DNA of 64,000 nt from Pseudomonadota bacterium (lineage in GTDB: Bacteria > Pseudomonadota > Gammaproteobacteria > Pseudomonadales > Oleiphilaceae). Positions 8,743-17,165 of the stretch are shown here, one piece after another. The notes under the pieces were generated by a model, which saw only the letters and a program-made list of their open reading frames with translations, was not told where the DNA came from and did no database searches. Each line of letters begins with the position of its first letter. The stretch's first letter is position 1. The DNA lies in NCBI GenBank assembly GCA_002747395.1, contig PDPE01000031.1, positions 37,812-101,811 of the forward strand, given 5' to 3'. The position numbers were made by a program, and so were the translations under genes.

Positions 8743-9633
8743 CTAATGGTTACGGTTGATAATGTAATTGCTGATTGCTTGCAGAAGTGTGAAATCCACA
8801 TCCTTCAGAGTGCCCAGGGCCTCCAGAGCGAGTTGATGCAGTTGACTGCATCTTTCCCTGGCTGCATCAAGCCCGAGGATGGCCGGGTAGGTGGCCTTGC
8901 TCAATGCGTGGTCTGCCCCTTGTTGCTTGCCCAGGGTTCGAGTGTCACCTTCCACATCAAGAATATCGTCCCTGACTTGAAACGCGAGTCCGGTGCATCG
9001 GGCAAAAACGCGCAGGGTGGATAGCGTTTGCTCATTGTTGACACCGGCGGACAAGGCACCCAGCACTACGCTGGCCTCGATCAATGCTCCGGTTTTGAAC
9101 AAATGCATGCTTTCCAGTTCGCTGATACCTGGCGTTTTTCCTTCGGATGCCAGGTCAATAGCCTGTCCGCCAACCATCCCCTGACTGCCACTGGCTACTG
9201 CCAGCGTGCGGATCATTTCAAGCTTGATCTTGTCGCTTAACGAGGGGGCTTCGCCAAGCAGTTGAAAAGCCATCGCCTGCAGCGCATCTCCTGTCAGTAT
9301 GGCGGTGGCTTCACTGAACTGAATATGGCAGGTGGGCTTGCCCCTTCGGAGTGCGTCATTGTCCATGGCGGGCAGGTCGTCGTGTACCAGGGAATAGGCG
9401 TGTATCAGTTCTACCGCACAGGCCGGCGCGGTGGCGATATCGGCATTCCCCCCCATTGCTTGCGCAGTGGCAAACACCAGGCAGGGTCTGATGCGCTTGC
9501 CGCCGTCAATGGTGCTGTAGCGAATGGCCTGGTGCAGCGTGCCGGGCAGTGTCGATTCCTGTGGCAGCCATTCCATTAATGCCGAATCGGTGCGCTGCTT
9601 GCATTGCTGAATATAAACTTCGATGTCAGTCAT
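8743..9633 (-). CDS. ispA: (2E,6E)-farnesyl diphosphate synthase
   Basis: First Asp-rich motif LVHDDLPAMDNDALRRG and second motif FQVRDDILD. The start is trimmed to the ATG at 9633 (MTDIEVYIQQ), which overlaps the xseB stop by 8 nt. Confidence 0.93.
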   Translation of the reverse strand: MTDIEVYIQQCKQRTDSALMEWLPQESTLPGTLHQAIRYSTIDGGKRIRPCLVFATAQAMGGNADIATAPACAVELIHAYSLVHDDLPAMDNDALRRGKPTCHIQFSEATAILTGDALQAMAFQLLGEAPSLSDKIKLEMIRTLAVASGSQGMVGGQAIDLASEGKTPGISELESMHLFKTGALIEASVVLGALSAGVNNEQTLSTLRVFARCTGLAFQVRDDILDVEGDTRTLGKQQGADHALSKATYPAILGLDAARERCSQLHQLALEALGTLKDVDFTLLQAISNYIINRNH

Positions 9634-9904
9634 CTGCGCCGTTACCTGCAGTAGATGGATCAACAGCAGATGACTCAACTGCAAATGGCTCAAATGTCAT
9701 TTTTTCGTCCGCACCAACAAGCCGGTTTACCTTCTGTTGGGCATTTTTCAAAGTCTGTTGACAGTGATTGCTGAGCCTGACGCCTCGCTCGAATGCAAGG
9801 AGCGAGTTATCCAGTGTCATATCGCCTTTTTCCATTTGCCGAACAATGTCTTCCAGCTCCGCCAGGGAGGACTCAAAATCGGGTGGTTGGTTTTTGTCAG
9901 ACAT
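9626..9904 (-). CDS. xseB: Exodeoxyribonuclease VII small subunit
   Basis: Contains FESSLAELEDIVRQMEKGDMTLDNSLLAFERGVRLSNHCQ. The start is trimmed to MSDKNQ at 9904. Confidence 0.9.
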   Translation of the reverse strand: MSDKNQPPDFESSLAELEDIVRQMEKGDMTLDNSLLAFERGVRLSNHCQQTLKNAQQKVNRLVGADEKMTFEPFAVESSAVDPSTAGNGADD

Positions 9905-10050
9905 AACGTATTTCGGTTCCTGTTTCGAGTTTGGTTGTTGGTCGATCATGTTGGTCGATCACTATTACTGTGTCAATTCACCAACTTGCTGTGCAAGTTG
10001 ATTATTCCAGCGCACCAGTTCACTATTCGTTTGCCGATTCAAGGTGTTAT

Positions 10051-10072
10051 CCGGCATATAACCGGCATATAA
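10051..10072. repeat. Perfect 11-bp tandem duplication CCGGCATATAA x2
   Basis: Read directly in the xseB/pomA divergent spacer. Confidence 0.8.
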
Positions 10073-10241
10073 AATGCTCGCCAGTCAGTAGAACATATCC
10101 ATGATTTTTATTTAAATACGACTACACTATATAAAAACAGAAACCCATTATAACAATTTGCAGAATATTTGGTGGATCATGCAGAAAATATTGCCTGTTT
10201 GCACTCGATTTCTGCCCTGTTTATTGATTGTCTGGTTGGTT

Positions 10242-10274
10242 GTCGGTTGATCGTCGGTTGATCGTCGGTTGCGA
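10242..10274. repeat. 11-bp tandem repeat GTCGGTTGATC x3 (third copy diverged)
   Basis: GTCGGTTGATC GTCGGTTGATC GTCGGTTGCGA, about 70 bp upstream of the pomA start. Confidence 0.8.
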
Positions 10275-10341
10275 TTTGGGCTGTTCCGGCGGTATGAAAT
10301 GGGCTGAAACATACAACTGGCGGCAAGATGAGGAGTAAAGA

Positions 10342-11100
10342 GTGGATTTAGCTACCATTATCGGGATGGTCGGTGGTTTTGGAATTGTGGTCGCGGCCAT
10401 GGTGCTTGGCGGGGGGATCGGCATGTTTGTCGATGTACCTTCGACCCTTATTGTATTCGGGGGGGCGATTATGGTAACCATGTCGAAATACCCGCTTGGC
10501 AGTTTCCTGGGCGCGGGAAAAACGGTCGCGAAAGTGTTTATGTTCAAACTGGACAAGCCCGAAGACCTGATTGGACAAATTGTCGAGCTTGCCGATGCTG
10601 CACGTAAAGGCGGACTGCTATCGCTGGAAGGCAAGGAAATCAGCAACGACTTCCTGGCCAGGGGAATTCAGCTCCTGGTGGACGGCCATGATGCCGATGT
10701 GGTTAAAACGTTGCTGACCAAAGACAAGAGTCTTGCGGTGGAGCGGCATAGTCAGGGAAGTGGTGTCTGGGCCACGATGGGGGATGTGGCACCGGCCATG
10801 GGGATGATTGGTACCCTGGTTGGTCTGGTGGCCATGCTGTCAAATATGGATGACCCGAAATCCATCGGGCCTGCCATGGCGGTCGCCCTGCTTACCACTT
10901 TGTATGGTGCGGTAATAGGGAACATGATTGCATTTCCGTTTGCAGACAAACTGAAAGTACGCGCGGGGGAAGAAGAAATGATCAAAAGTATGATTATCGA
11001 TGCCTTGCTGGCGATTCAGGCCGGGCAAAATCCCCGCGTTGTTGAAAGCATGTTGCGAACTTATTTGCCTGAGGGCAAACGGGAAGCGGCAGAGTTATGA
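10342..11100 (+). CDS. pomA: Flagellar stator protein PomA (MotA family, Na+-type)
   Basis: 252 aa with a GTG start and an AGGAG SD. MDLATIIGMVGGFGIVVAAMVLGGGIGMFVDV and VAPAMGMIGTLVGLVAMLSNMDDPKSIGPAMAVALLTTLYG are near-identical in pattern to Vibrio PomA. Lies beside xseB-ispA-dxs as in Vibrio. Confidence 0.93.
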   Translation: MDLATIIGMVGGFGIVVAAMVLGGGIGMFVDVPSTLIVFGGAIMVTMSKYPLGSFLGAGKTVAKVFMFKLDKPEDLIGQIVELADAARKGGLLSLEGKEISNDFLARGIQLLVDGHDADVVKTLLTKDKSLAVERHSQGSGVWATMGDVAPAMGMIGTLVGLVAMLSNMDDPKSIGPAMAVALLTTLYGAVIGNMIAFPFADKLKVRAGEEEMIKSMIIDALLAIQAGQNPRVVESMLRTYLPEGKREAAEL

Positions 11101-12092
11101 GTGGCGAAGAAGAGCAAAAATGTGAATGTCCGGCGGGACTGCCTGGCTGGTTGGCAACCTTCGCCGATTTGATGTCGCTGTTGATGTGTTTTTTCGTTCT
11201 GTTGCTGTCTTTCGCTGAAATGGATGTACTCAAGTTCAAGCGCCTCGCCGGGTCAATGAGGAGCGCATTTGGTGTGCAGAACCAGGTGAATGTCAATGAC
11301 ATCCCGAAAGGCACCAGTATTATTGCCCAGGAGTTTTCGCCCGGCAAGCCGGAACCTGCTCCCCTGAAAGTTGTGATGCAGCAAACTGCAGATCCGGACA
11401 AGCAGTCCCTGGAGTTGCTTTGTGAAGCGGAGGTCGAAAAGGCACTGGAAGAACAGTGCGACCAGACGGAGGGAGAGGAAAACAAGGAGCATGAAGCTGT
11501 TGTGCAAAAGCTTCAGAAAATGATTGAAGAAACAGAAGAGAACGCGATGGATCTGGCCGCCAGGCTTGAGTCGGAAATTCGCAACGAACAGGTTGAAATT
11601 GAAACCGAGGGGCGGAAAATTGTCATCCGGGTACACGAAAAAGGCTCGTTTGCTTCCGGCTCGGCGGAGCTTCAGGATGACTTTATTCCCATTCTGGAGA
11701 AACTGATTTCCAGCCTGAAGGAGATCGAGGGTAGTATCTCTGTAGAAGGGCATACGGACAGCATTCCGATCAAGACCGCTGCGTTTCCTTCCAATTGGGA
11801 TTTGTCTATTGCCCGGGCACTGGAGGTGGCCAGAGGGTTGTTTGATGATGGTGGCCTGGACCAATCCCGTTTTCGGATTCTGGGGTTTGCGGACACAAGA
11901 CCTCTCGTGCCGAATAATACGGCGGCCAATCGCGCCATCAATCGTCGTGTCGAAATTGTTTTACAGCAACCGACGGGAGAGGAAAGAAAAGAGGAGTTGA
12001 AAAGAATGCGTGAGTATCAGTCTGATTCTTCCTCTGAGAGTGAACCGGCGGAAGATGATATTTTTGATCTGGACAGTAATGAAATTTTCTAG
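11097..12092 (+). CDS. pomB: Flagellar stator protein PomB (MotB family, OmpA-like C-terminus)
   Basis: Has the PomB-type N-terminus KCECPAGLPGWLATFADLMSLLMCFFVLLLSF with the essential Asp. The C-terminal OmpA-like region is GHTDSIPI...NWDLSIARALEV...NRRVEIV. ATGA overlap with pomA. Confidence 0.93.
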   Translation: MSGEEEQKCECPAGLPGWLATFADLMSLLMCFFVLLLSFAEMDVLKFKRLAGSMRSAFGVQNQVNVNDIPKGTSIIAQEFSPGKPEPAPLKVVMQQTADPDKQSLELLCEAEVEKALEEQCDQTEGEENKEHEAVVQKLQKMIEETEENAMDLAARLESEIRNEQVEIETEGRKIVIRVHEKGSFASGSAELQDDFIPILEKLISSLKEIEGSISVEGHTDSIPIKTAAFPSNWDLSIARALEVARGLFDDGGLDQSRFRILGFADTRPLVPNNTAANRAINRRVEIVLQQPTGEERKEELKRMREYQSDSSSESEPAEDDIFDLDSNEIF

Positions 12093-12101
12093 GATACAGG
12101 C

Positions 12102-12743
12102 ATGGCACAGCAAGAACGGCGTCGCTTTTTTAGAATTACTGACAAGGTGCTGATGAGTTACCGTGTTGTTGGTGATAAGAGCAACGACAGTAACGAGAGT
12201 AACGAAAGTGAGCAGAGTGAGCAATCCGGCGTGGCCGGGGTATCCACCGGGGGAATCCGGCACGAACTAAATGTCCTGGAGGAAAAACTGAATAAAAAAA
12301 TGACCAGGCTAAGAGGTGACGAGCCTCTGATAGCGGAAGTGCTTGAGTTGTTTAATCAAAAGATAAACCTGCTTGTTGGCGAGGATGGCAAGGCAATCTC
12401 CGACTCGGGCGAGGACGATAAACAGGTAATGGAAGTGAATATGAGTGCTTGCGGTATTGCTTTTCCGTCAAGCGAAAAAATATCGGTCGGGGCCTTGCTG
12501 GTACTCAACCTGACACTGACGCTTTCCTTTGTCAATTTGTGTCTGTCAGCGCAAGTGGTAGGAGTGGAAGAGCGCTGCATCGACAGTGATGACGAGGCTG
12601 GTGGCCTCTCCCGCCAGCCCTGGGTGATTCGCGCGGATTTTGTAGATATCTCCGAGGTTGACCAGGAACTGCTGATACAAAATGTTATCAAGCGGCAGTC
12701 CGAGCAGTTAAAGGCTCTGCGAGAAGCAAGAGAAAAGGCCTGA
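12102..12743 (+). CDS. PilZ-domain protein with a long insertion between the RxxxR and NxSxxG motifs
   Basis: ERRRFFRI (RxxxR at residues 7-11) and NMSACG (D/NxSxxG at residues 113-118). Starts 9 nt after the pomB stop. Confidence 0.75.
   Translation: MAQQERRRFFRITDKVLMSYRVVGDKSNDSNESNESEQSEQSGVAGVSTGGIRHELNVLEEKLNKKMTRLRGDEPLIAEVLELFNQKINLLVGEDGKAISDSGEDDKQVMEVNMSACGIAFPSSEKISVGALLVLNLTLTLSFVNLCLSAQVVGVEERCIDSDDEAGGLSRQPWVIRADFVDISEVDQELLIQNVIKRQSEQLKALREAREKA
12189..12224 (+). repeat. In-frame 9-bp tandem repeat inside the PilZ gene
   Basis: AGTAACGAG AGTAACGAA AGTGAGCAG AGTGAGCAA, encoding SNESNESEQSEQ. Confidence 0.8.
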
Positions 12744-12758
12744 ATTGCAGGGTGGATG

Positions 12759-13568
12759 TCAGGGAGCTCTGTCAAAATGCTGTTCAGTGAAATTGTCGGG
12801 TTGCCCTCCGGGTGCGTAACTTTGCTCAAAAAAACTGATTTTACCCTTGTAGCTGACAGTGACCAGAGTCGTCGCCCGCGTGCCGTAGTAGTGCCCTTTT
12901 ATAAAAATCGGAGACAGCAAGAGTTCTATGTCTCGGGGAACCCCGGTTTGCGGGAGCTGCGCTTTCGGCGCGGGCTGGCTGTCAGTAAAGAGTTGTGCAA
13001 TTTCTGTCCAGATTGTTTGCACCCCTTTCTCTTCCTGAATTGACGTATCGACTATCCGGGAAAAGCGCAGCCTGCTTTTTTCAACCTTGGGCCAGGGTGT
13101 ATCCAGCAAGTGATTGCTCAACCCGTAAATACCCGGTTTGAGTTCAATGGCGCCCGGGGTACGATCTTCAGTATTCTCCGGGTCGCAGAGTCGGTTGCTC
13201 AGGTAGTACATGCCGTGCGCGTCTTTCAGGACAAGGTTGAAACCCGCGTAGTCTTGCATGGTGAGGCCTTGTGTGTAGGTCGGGCAACGGGTGTTTGCGT
13301 CAAGAAAGTCTGATACGAGGTGGCCGCGAGAGCAGGGGTAGTCTTTCTCTCCCGGTTTCCGGTAGTTGGTGACGGCTGAAACATGGCCGCTTTTATTGAC
13401 GCCAAACCAGGTGCCGCCCTGTTCTTCGTCCCTGCCGGCATATATCCGATTGTCTTTCCCCCAGAAAAAGGCCGACCGGCTTGGGCGATGAAAAAATTCA
13501 TCCCGGTTGCCAGCCATGATCAGCTCGAACTCCGGGTGGTAGCGATAGGCAAATACGATCAGGCACAT
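12759..13568 (-). CDS. NRDE-family protein (TANGO2/DUF833-like)
   Basis: N-terminal MCLIVFAYRYHPEFELIMAGNRDEF carries the Cys2 and the eponymous NRDE motif. 269 aa. Confidence 0.85.
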   Translation of the reverse strand: MCLIVFAYRYHPEFELIMAGNRDEFFHRPSRSAFFWGKDNRIYAGRDEEQGGTWFGVNKSGHVSAVTNYRKPGEKDYPCSRGHLVSDFLDANTRCPTYTQGLTMQDYAGFNLVLKDAHGMYYLSNRLCDPENTEDRTPGAIELKPGIYGLSNHLLDTPWPKVEKSRLRFSRIVDTSIQEEKGVQTIWTEIAQLFTDSQPAPKAQLPQTGVPRDIELLLSPIFIKGHYYGTRATTLVTVSYKGKISFFEQSYAPGGQPDNFTEQHFDRAP

Positions 13569-13663
13569 GCCATCATGGTATTGGAAAAAAATAAAAAGTG
13601 CCAGAAAAGTGAAATTCGAGTGTCAGGGAAAACTGATGTATGATAGCGCTCCCTGATCCTGTG

Positions 13664-13746
13664 CGTCAGGAAAAGGCTATTGTCAGGAAAGTGCTACTGT
13701 CAGGAAAGAGCAACTGTCAGGAAAGTGTTACCGTTAGAAAGGGAAA
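13664..13746 (+). repeat. 17-bp tandem array (5 copies) of (U/C)GUCAGGAAAG-type GGA motifs, ending 4 nt before the tauE-like ATG
   Basis: Motif starts fall at 13664, 13681, 13698, 13715 and 13732, an exact 17-bp period. The three central copies are identical (TGTCAGGAAAG). A further copy, TGTCAGGGAAA, lies at 13621. Confidence 0.85.
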
Positions 13747-13750
13747 ATAG

Positions 13751-14548
13751 ATGGAATTTGTTGTCACACTCATGGCCTATCTGGGGCTCGGCGCGTTTGC
13801 GGGCACTCTGGCTGGCCTTTTTGGTATTGGTGGTGGTCTGGTGATTGTGCCGGCGCTGGTGTTCGGGTTTCAGTTTCAGGGTGTCGATCAACAGGTGTTG
13901 ACCCATCTTGCTGTGGGCACCTCTCTGACCACCATCATTATTACTTCAATGAGTTCGGTGCGTACACATCACCAAAAAGGTGCGGTAAACTGGGCCATAT
14001 TCAAGCCGCTTGCTGTCGGTATTGTGCTTGGGGCATGTCTTGGAGCCAATACGGCCTCCAATATAAAAGGGCCGGTTTTGCAAACGATTATTGGCGTGTT
14101 TGCCATTGTCATTGCAATCCAGATGCTACTGGCACTGGCGCCCAAACCAACGCGGTCACTGCCCAATGACGGCACCCTGTTTGCGACAGGCGGAGTATTT
14201 GGCTGGGCATCCGCGATCTTCGGTATTGGTGGAGGCAGCCTGATTGTTCCCTATTTGTCCTGGTGTAACGTGAAAATGCAGGAAGCGGTGGGTACGTCTT
14301 CTGCCTGCGGCTTTCCCATTGCGGTGTCGGGCGCGGTGACCTATATCTATCTGGGTTGGAATAATCCGCTGTTGCCGGATTATTCCACCGGGTTTGTCTA
14401 CTGGCCCGCCTTTGTGGGTATTACCCTGACCAGTGTATTGTTTGCGCGTTTGGGAGCCAAACTGGCGCACAGCCTGTCTTCTGTTATGTTAAAACGAATC
14501 TTTGGAGTGTTGTTGTTATGTGTGGGAACGCGTTTCTTGCTGGGATGA
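13751..14548 (+). CDS. TauE/SafE (DUF81) family anion permease
   Basis: 265 aa, polytopic. The N-terminal GAFAGTLAGLFGIGGGLVIVPALVF and the internal FGIGGGSLIVPYL repeat are typical of the family. Confidence 0.85.
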   Translation: MEFVVTLMAYLGLGAFAGTLAGLFGIGGGLVIVPALVFGFQFQGVDQQVLTHLAVGTSLTTIIITSMSSVRTHHQKGAVNWAIFKPLAVGIVLGACLGANTASNIKGPVLQTIIGVFAIVIAIQMLLALAPKPTRSLPNDGTLFATGGVFGWASAIFGIGGGSLIVPYLSWCNVKMQEAVGTSSACGFPIAVSGAVTYIYLGWNNPLLPDYSTGFVYWPAFVGITLTSVLFARLGAKLAHSLSSVMLKRIFGVLLLCVGTRFLLG

Positions 14549-14557
14549 TGGATTGAT

Positions 14558-15343
14558 ATGTTGAAATACCCTCAGATCGACCCCGTTGCCCTGTCTCTCG
14601 GGCCAGTCAAAATCCATTGGTATGGTTTGACCTATCTTGTCGGCTTTGCCGGAGCCTGGTATCTGGGAACCCGGCGGGCTGCGAGGGCAACCTCCCCGAT
14701 CAGGCCGGAGCAAATGGGAGACCTGATCTTTTACAGTGCCCTGGGTGTTGTCCTGGGTGGACGTTTTGGCTATGTGTTCTTTTATAATTTTGACAGGTTT
14801 CTGGCGGATCCGGCCTGGGCACTGAAAGTGTGGGAGGGGGGGATGTCCTTCCACGGTGGCCTGCTCGGGGTGATTCTTGCCATGCTCTGGTATGCCAGAA
14901 AGCTGAATACCACCTTTTTCCAGTTGACCGACTTTGTTGCCCCTCTGGTTCCGATCGGTTTGGGGATGGGGCGAATAGGTAACTTTATTGGTGGCGAACT
15001 CTGGGGCAGGGCGACAGATGTGCCCTGGGCAATGGTGTTCCCCCGTGCCGACGACCTGGCGCGGCACCCCTCGCAGCTTTATCAGTTTGCCCTGGAAGGG
15101 GTGGCGCTGTTTTGCATTCTGTGGTGGTACTCTGCCAAAGACCGGCCCAAAATGGCAGTCTCGGGCATGTTCCTCCTGTGGTATGGTATTTTCCGGTTTG
15201 TTGTAGAGTTTGTCCGGGAGCCGGATGCCCATTTGAGCTTTATCGCATTTGAGTGGTTGACCATGGGGCAACTGCTATCATTGCCGATGATTTTCGCAGG
15301 CATCGGTTTTATTCTTTATGCACACAGAAAAGAGCACAAGTAA
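14558..15343 (+). CDS. lgt: Prolipoprotein diacylglyceryl transferase
   Basis: Motifs [23 protein letters not shown] and [14 protein letters not shown]. Forms an lgt-thyA pair. Confidence 0.95.
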   Translation: MLKYPQIDPVALSLGPVKIHWYGLTYLVGFAGAWYLGTRRAARATSPIRPEQMGDLIFYSALGVVLGGRFGYVFFYNFDRFLADPAWALKVWEGGMSFHGGLLGVILAMLWYARKLNTTFFQLTDFVAPLVPIGLGMGRIGNFIGGELWGRATDVPWAMVFPRADDLARHPSQLYQFALEGVALFCILWWYSAKDRPKMAVSGMFLLWYGIFRFVVEFVREPDAHLSFIAFEWLTMGQLLSLPMIFAGIGFILYAHRKEHK

Positions 15344-15349
15344 GACGAT

Positions 15350-16189
15350 ATGCAGCAATATCTGGATTTACTCAAGGATGTCGTGGACAACGGCACGGAC
15401 AAGGGGGATCGCACTGGCGTTGGCACCCGATCTGTATTCGGGCGGCAATTACGTTTTGATTTGCAACAGGGCTTTCCTCTACTGACCACCAAAAAGATTC
15501 ACCTGAAAAGTGTCATTTATGAACTGTTATGGTTCCTGAAAGGATCGACAGATAATACCTGGTTGCAGGAACGCGGTGTGTCTATCTGGGATGAGTGGGC
15601 AACAGAGAGTGGCGATCTCGGGCCCATTTACGGCAAGCAGTGGCGAAGCTGGGCCTGCCCCGATGGTACAGCGATAGATCAGATAGCAGAGGTGGTGCAG
15701 CAAATAAAGGTGAACCCGAATTCACGCAGGCTGATTGTCAGTGCATGGAATCCGGCCGAATTGCCGGATGAGTCGCGTTCACCCAGGGACAATGCGCGGG
15801 CGGGAAAAATGGCACTTGCACCCTGTCATTGCCTGTTTCAGTTTTATGTCAATGATGGCAGGTTATCCTGTCAGTTGTACCAGCGCAGTGCGGATGTGTT
15901 TCTCGGGGTTCCCTTCAACATTGCCAGTTACGCATTGCTCACCCATATGATCGCCCAGCAATGTGATTTACAGGTGGGAGAATTTGTCCACAGTTTTGGT
16001 GATTGCCATTTGTACCTTAACCACCTTACAGACGAAATTGTGTTCAAACAGTTGAAACGAACTCCCGGCTCGCCTCCTGTTCTGAAGATCAGGCGCAGAC
16101 CGGACTCTGTGTTTGACTATGAGTTTGATGATTTCGAATTTTGTCACTATCACCCCCAGCCGACCATAAAGGCTCCTATCGCAATCTGA
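15350..16189 (+). CDS. thyA: Thymidylate synthase
   Basis: Motifs [12 protein letters not shown] and [10 protein letters not shown], with the catalytic Cys in [12 protein letters not shown]. Confidence 0.96.
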   Translation: MQQYLDLLKDVVDNGTDKGDRTGVGTRSVFGRQLRFDLQQGFPLLTTKKIHLKSVIYELLWFLKGSTDNTWLQERGVSIWDEWATESGDLGPIYGKQWRSWACPDGTAIDQIAEVVQQIKVNPNSRRLIVSAWNPAELPDESRSPRDNARAGKMALAPCHCLFQFYVNDGRLSCQLYQRSADVFLGVPFNIASYALLTHMIAQQCDLQVGEFVHSFGDCHLYLNHLTDEIVFKQLKRTPGSPPVLKIRRRPDSVFDYEFDDFEFCHYHPQPTIKAPIAI

Positions 16190-16192
16190 ATT

Positions 16193-16220
16193 AAAAATGG
16201 TGCCCGGGAGCACCGTTTTT
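16193..16220. terminator. Bidirectional intrinsic terminator between convergent thyA and smpB
   Basis: AAAAATGGTGC-CCGGGA-GCACCGTTTTT: a GC stem flanked by an A-run and a T-run. Confidence 0.7.
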
Positions 16221-16328
16221 AATTGGCTTCTTTGGAAAAACTGTCCGGGTGCGCAGTTTCGGCAAGTGGTTGCGGTGAGCAGACGCTATTTTAAAACCTG
16301 CGAGCTGCGGGGGAGGTGCGATAAAGGT

Positions 16329-16811
16329 CTAACCGGCATGATCCCGCACGATGCGCTGCTTCTGGCGACTCCAGTCGCGCTCCTTCTCCGTAGCGCGTTT
16401 ATCAAACTCTTTTTTACCCTTAACCAGTGCTATCTCCACTTTTACCTTGTTACCTTTCCAATACATGGCCAAAGCGACACAGCTATGGCCTGTCTGATTC
16501 ATTTTGCCCATCAGTCTGTCAAGTTCCTTTCGGTGCAGTAACAGTTTCCGGTTTCTGGTCGGCTCGGCAATGATATGGGTTGAGGCCGAGATGAGAGGGC
16601 TGATATGAGCCCCAAAAAGCCAGGCCTCATCTTTTTTGAATTGAATAAACGAGTCCCTGAACTGGCATTTCCCGGCCCGGATACTTTTTAACTCCCAGCC
16701 CATCAATGCGATGCCAGCCTCATATTTATCCAGAATATGGTAGTCATGTCGCGCTTTTTTGTTGAGTGCGATGGTGCCACTATCTGCGCCGGTATTTTTC
16801 TTTTTGCTCAT
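16329..16811 (-). CDS. smpB: SsrA-binding protein
   Basis: 160 aa. Contains [32 protein letters not shown] and [11 protein letters not shown]. Confidence 0.95.
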   Translation of the reverse strand: MSKKKNTGADSGTIALNKKARHDYHILDKYEAGIALMGWELKSIRAGKCQFRDSFIQFKKDEAWLFGAHISPLISASTHIIAEPTRNRKLLLHRKELDRLMGKMNQTGHSCVALAMYWKGNKVKVEIALVKGKKEFDKRATEKERDWSRQKQRIVRDHAG

Positions 16812-16948
16812 GGTGTTATCTTACCTTGACTTCTGCGGTTATTCCCGGGATGGTCTGGCCGGATTTGTTATCGGTTTACTGACAGACGCTTTTTTTACAG
16901 TCCGATTCCCTGCTCAAGTGCCGGGCATTGGTGAAACAGGGTTCAGAC

Positions 16949-17070
16949 AGTATTGGTTTTTGCTGTTTGTGTTAGTATTGGTCTTTTAGTGCTAGTGTTG
17001 ATTGTTAGTATTGGTGATGTTTTCAGAATTGGTAGTGTCTTCAGAATCAATCGTGTTTTCGGAATTTGCC
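16949..17070. repeat. Degenerate tandem repeats in the smpB / NSS-transporter spacer
   Basis: AGTATTGGT occurs three times (16949, 16974, 17007). Three roughly 18-bp units follow: GTTTTCAGAATTGGTA / GTGTCTTCAGAATCAATC / GTGTTTTCGGAATTTGCC. Confidence 0.65.
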
Positions 17071-17165
17071 ATGTACCCGGAATTACAATACAAATGCCGT
17101 GCCCGGTTTCCCGGGGCAGGTATTGTACAGCATATGAACGAAGCAATGGAGAGCTTTCGCTCAGA

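Noticed and set aside
13664-13746. Considered whether the 17-bp array, or any other tandem repeat in the window, is a small CRISPR array.
   Set aside because: The units are contiguous with no unique spacers, the period is far too short, and there are no cas genes. These are plain tandem repeats.
16190-16328. Looked for tmRNA (ssrA) next to smpB.
   Set aside because: The 139-bp gap downstream of smpB holds only the bidirectional terminator. The upstream spacer is repeat DNA with no tRNA-like acceptor or T-arm.
16953-17165. N-terminal extensions proposed by the ORF track: NSS transporter from 16953, fur from 19503, pnp from 46175, aceE from 54658, grpE from 22168, dnaK from 22970, and the TRL lipoprotein from 48889.
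   Set aside because: Homolog N-termini and SD positions point to the downstream starts. The extensions translate promoter or repeat DNA.
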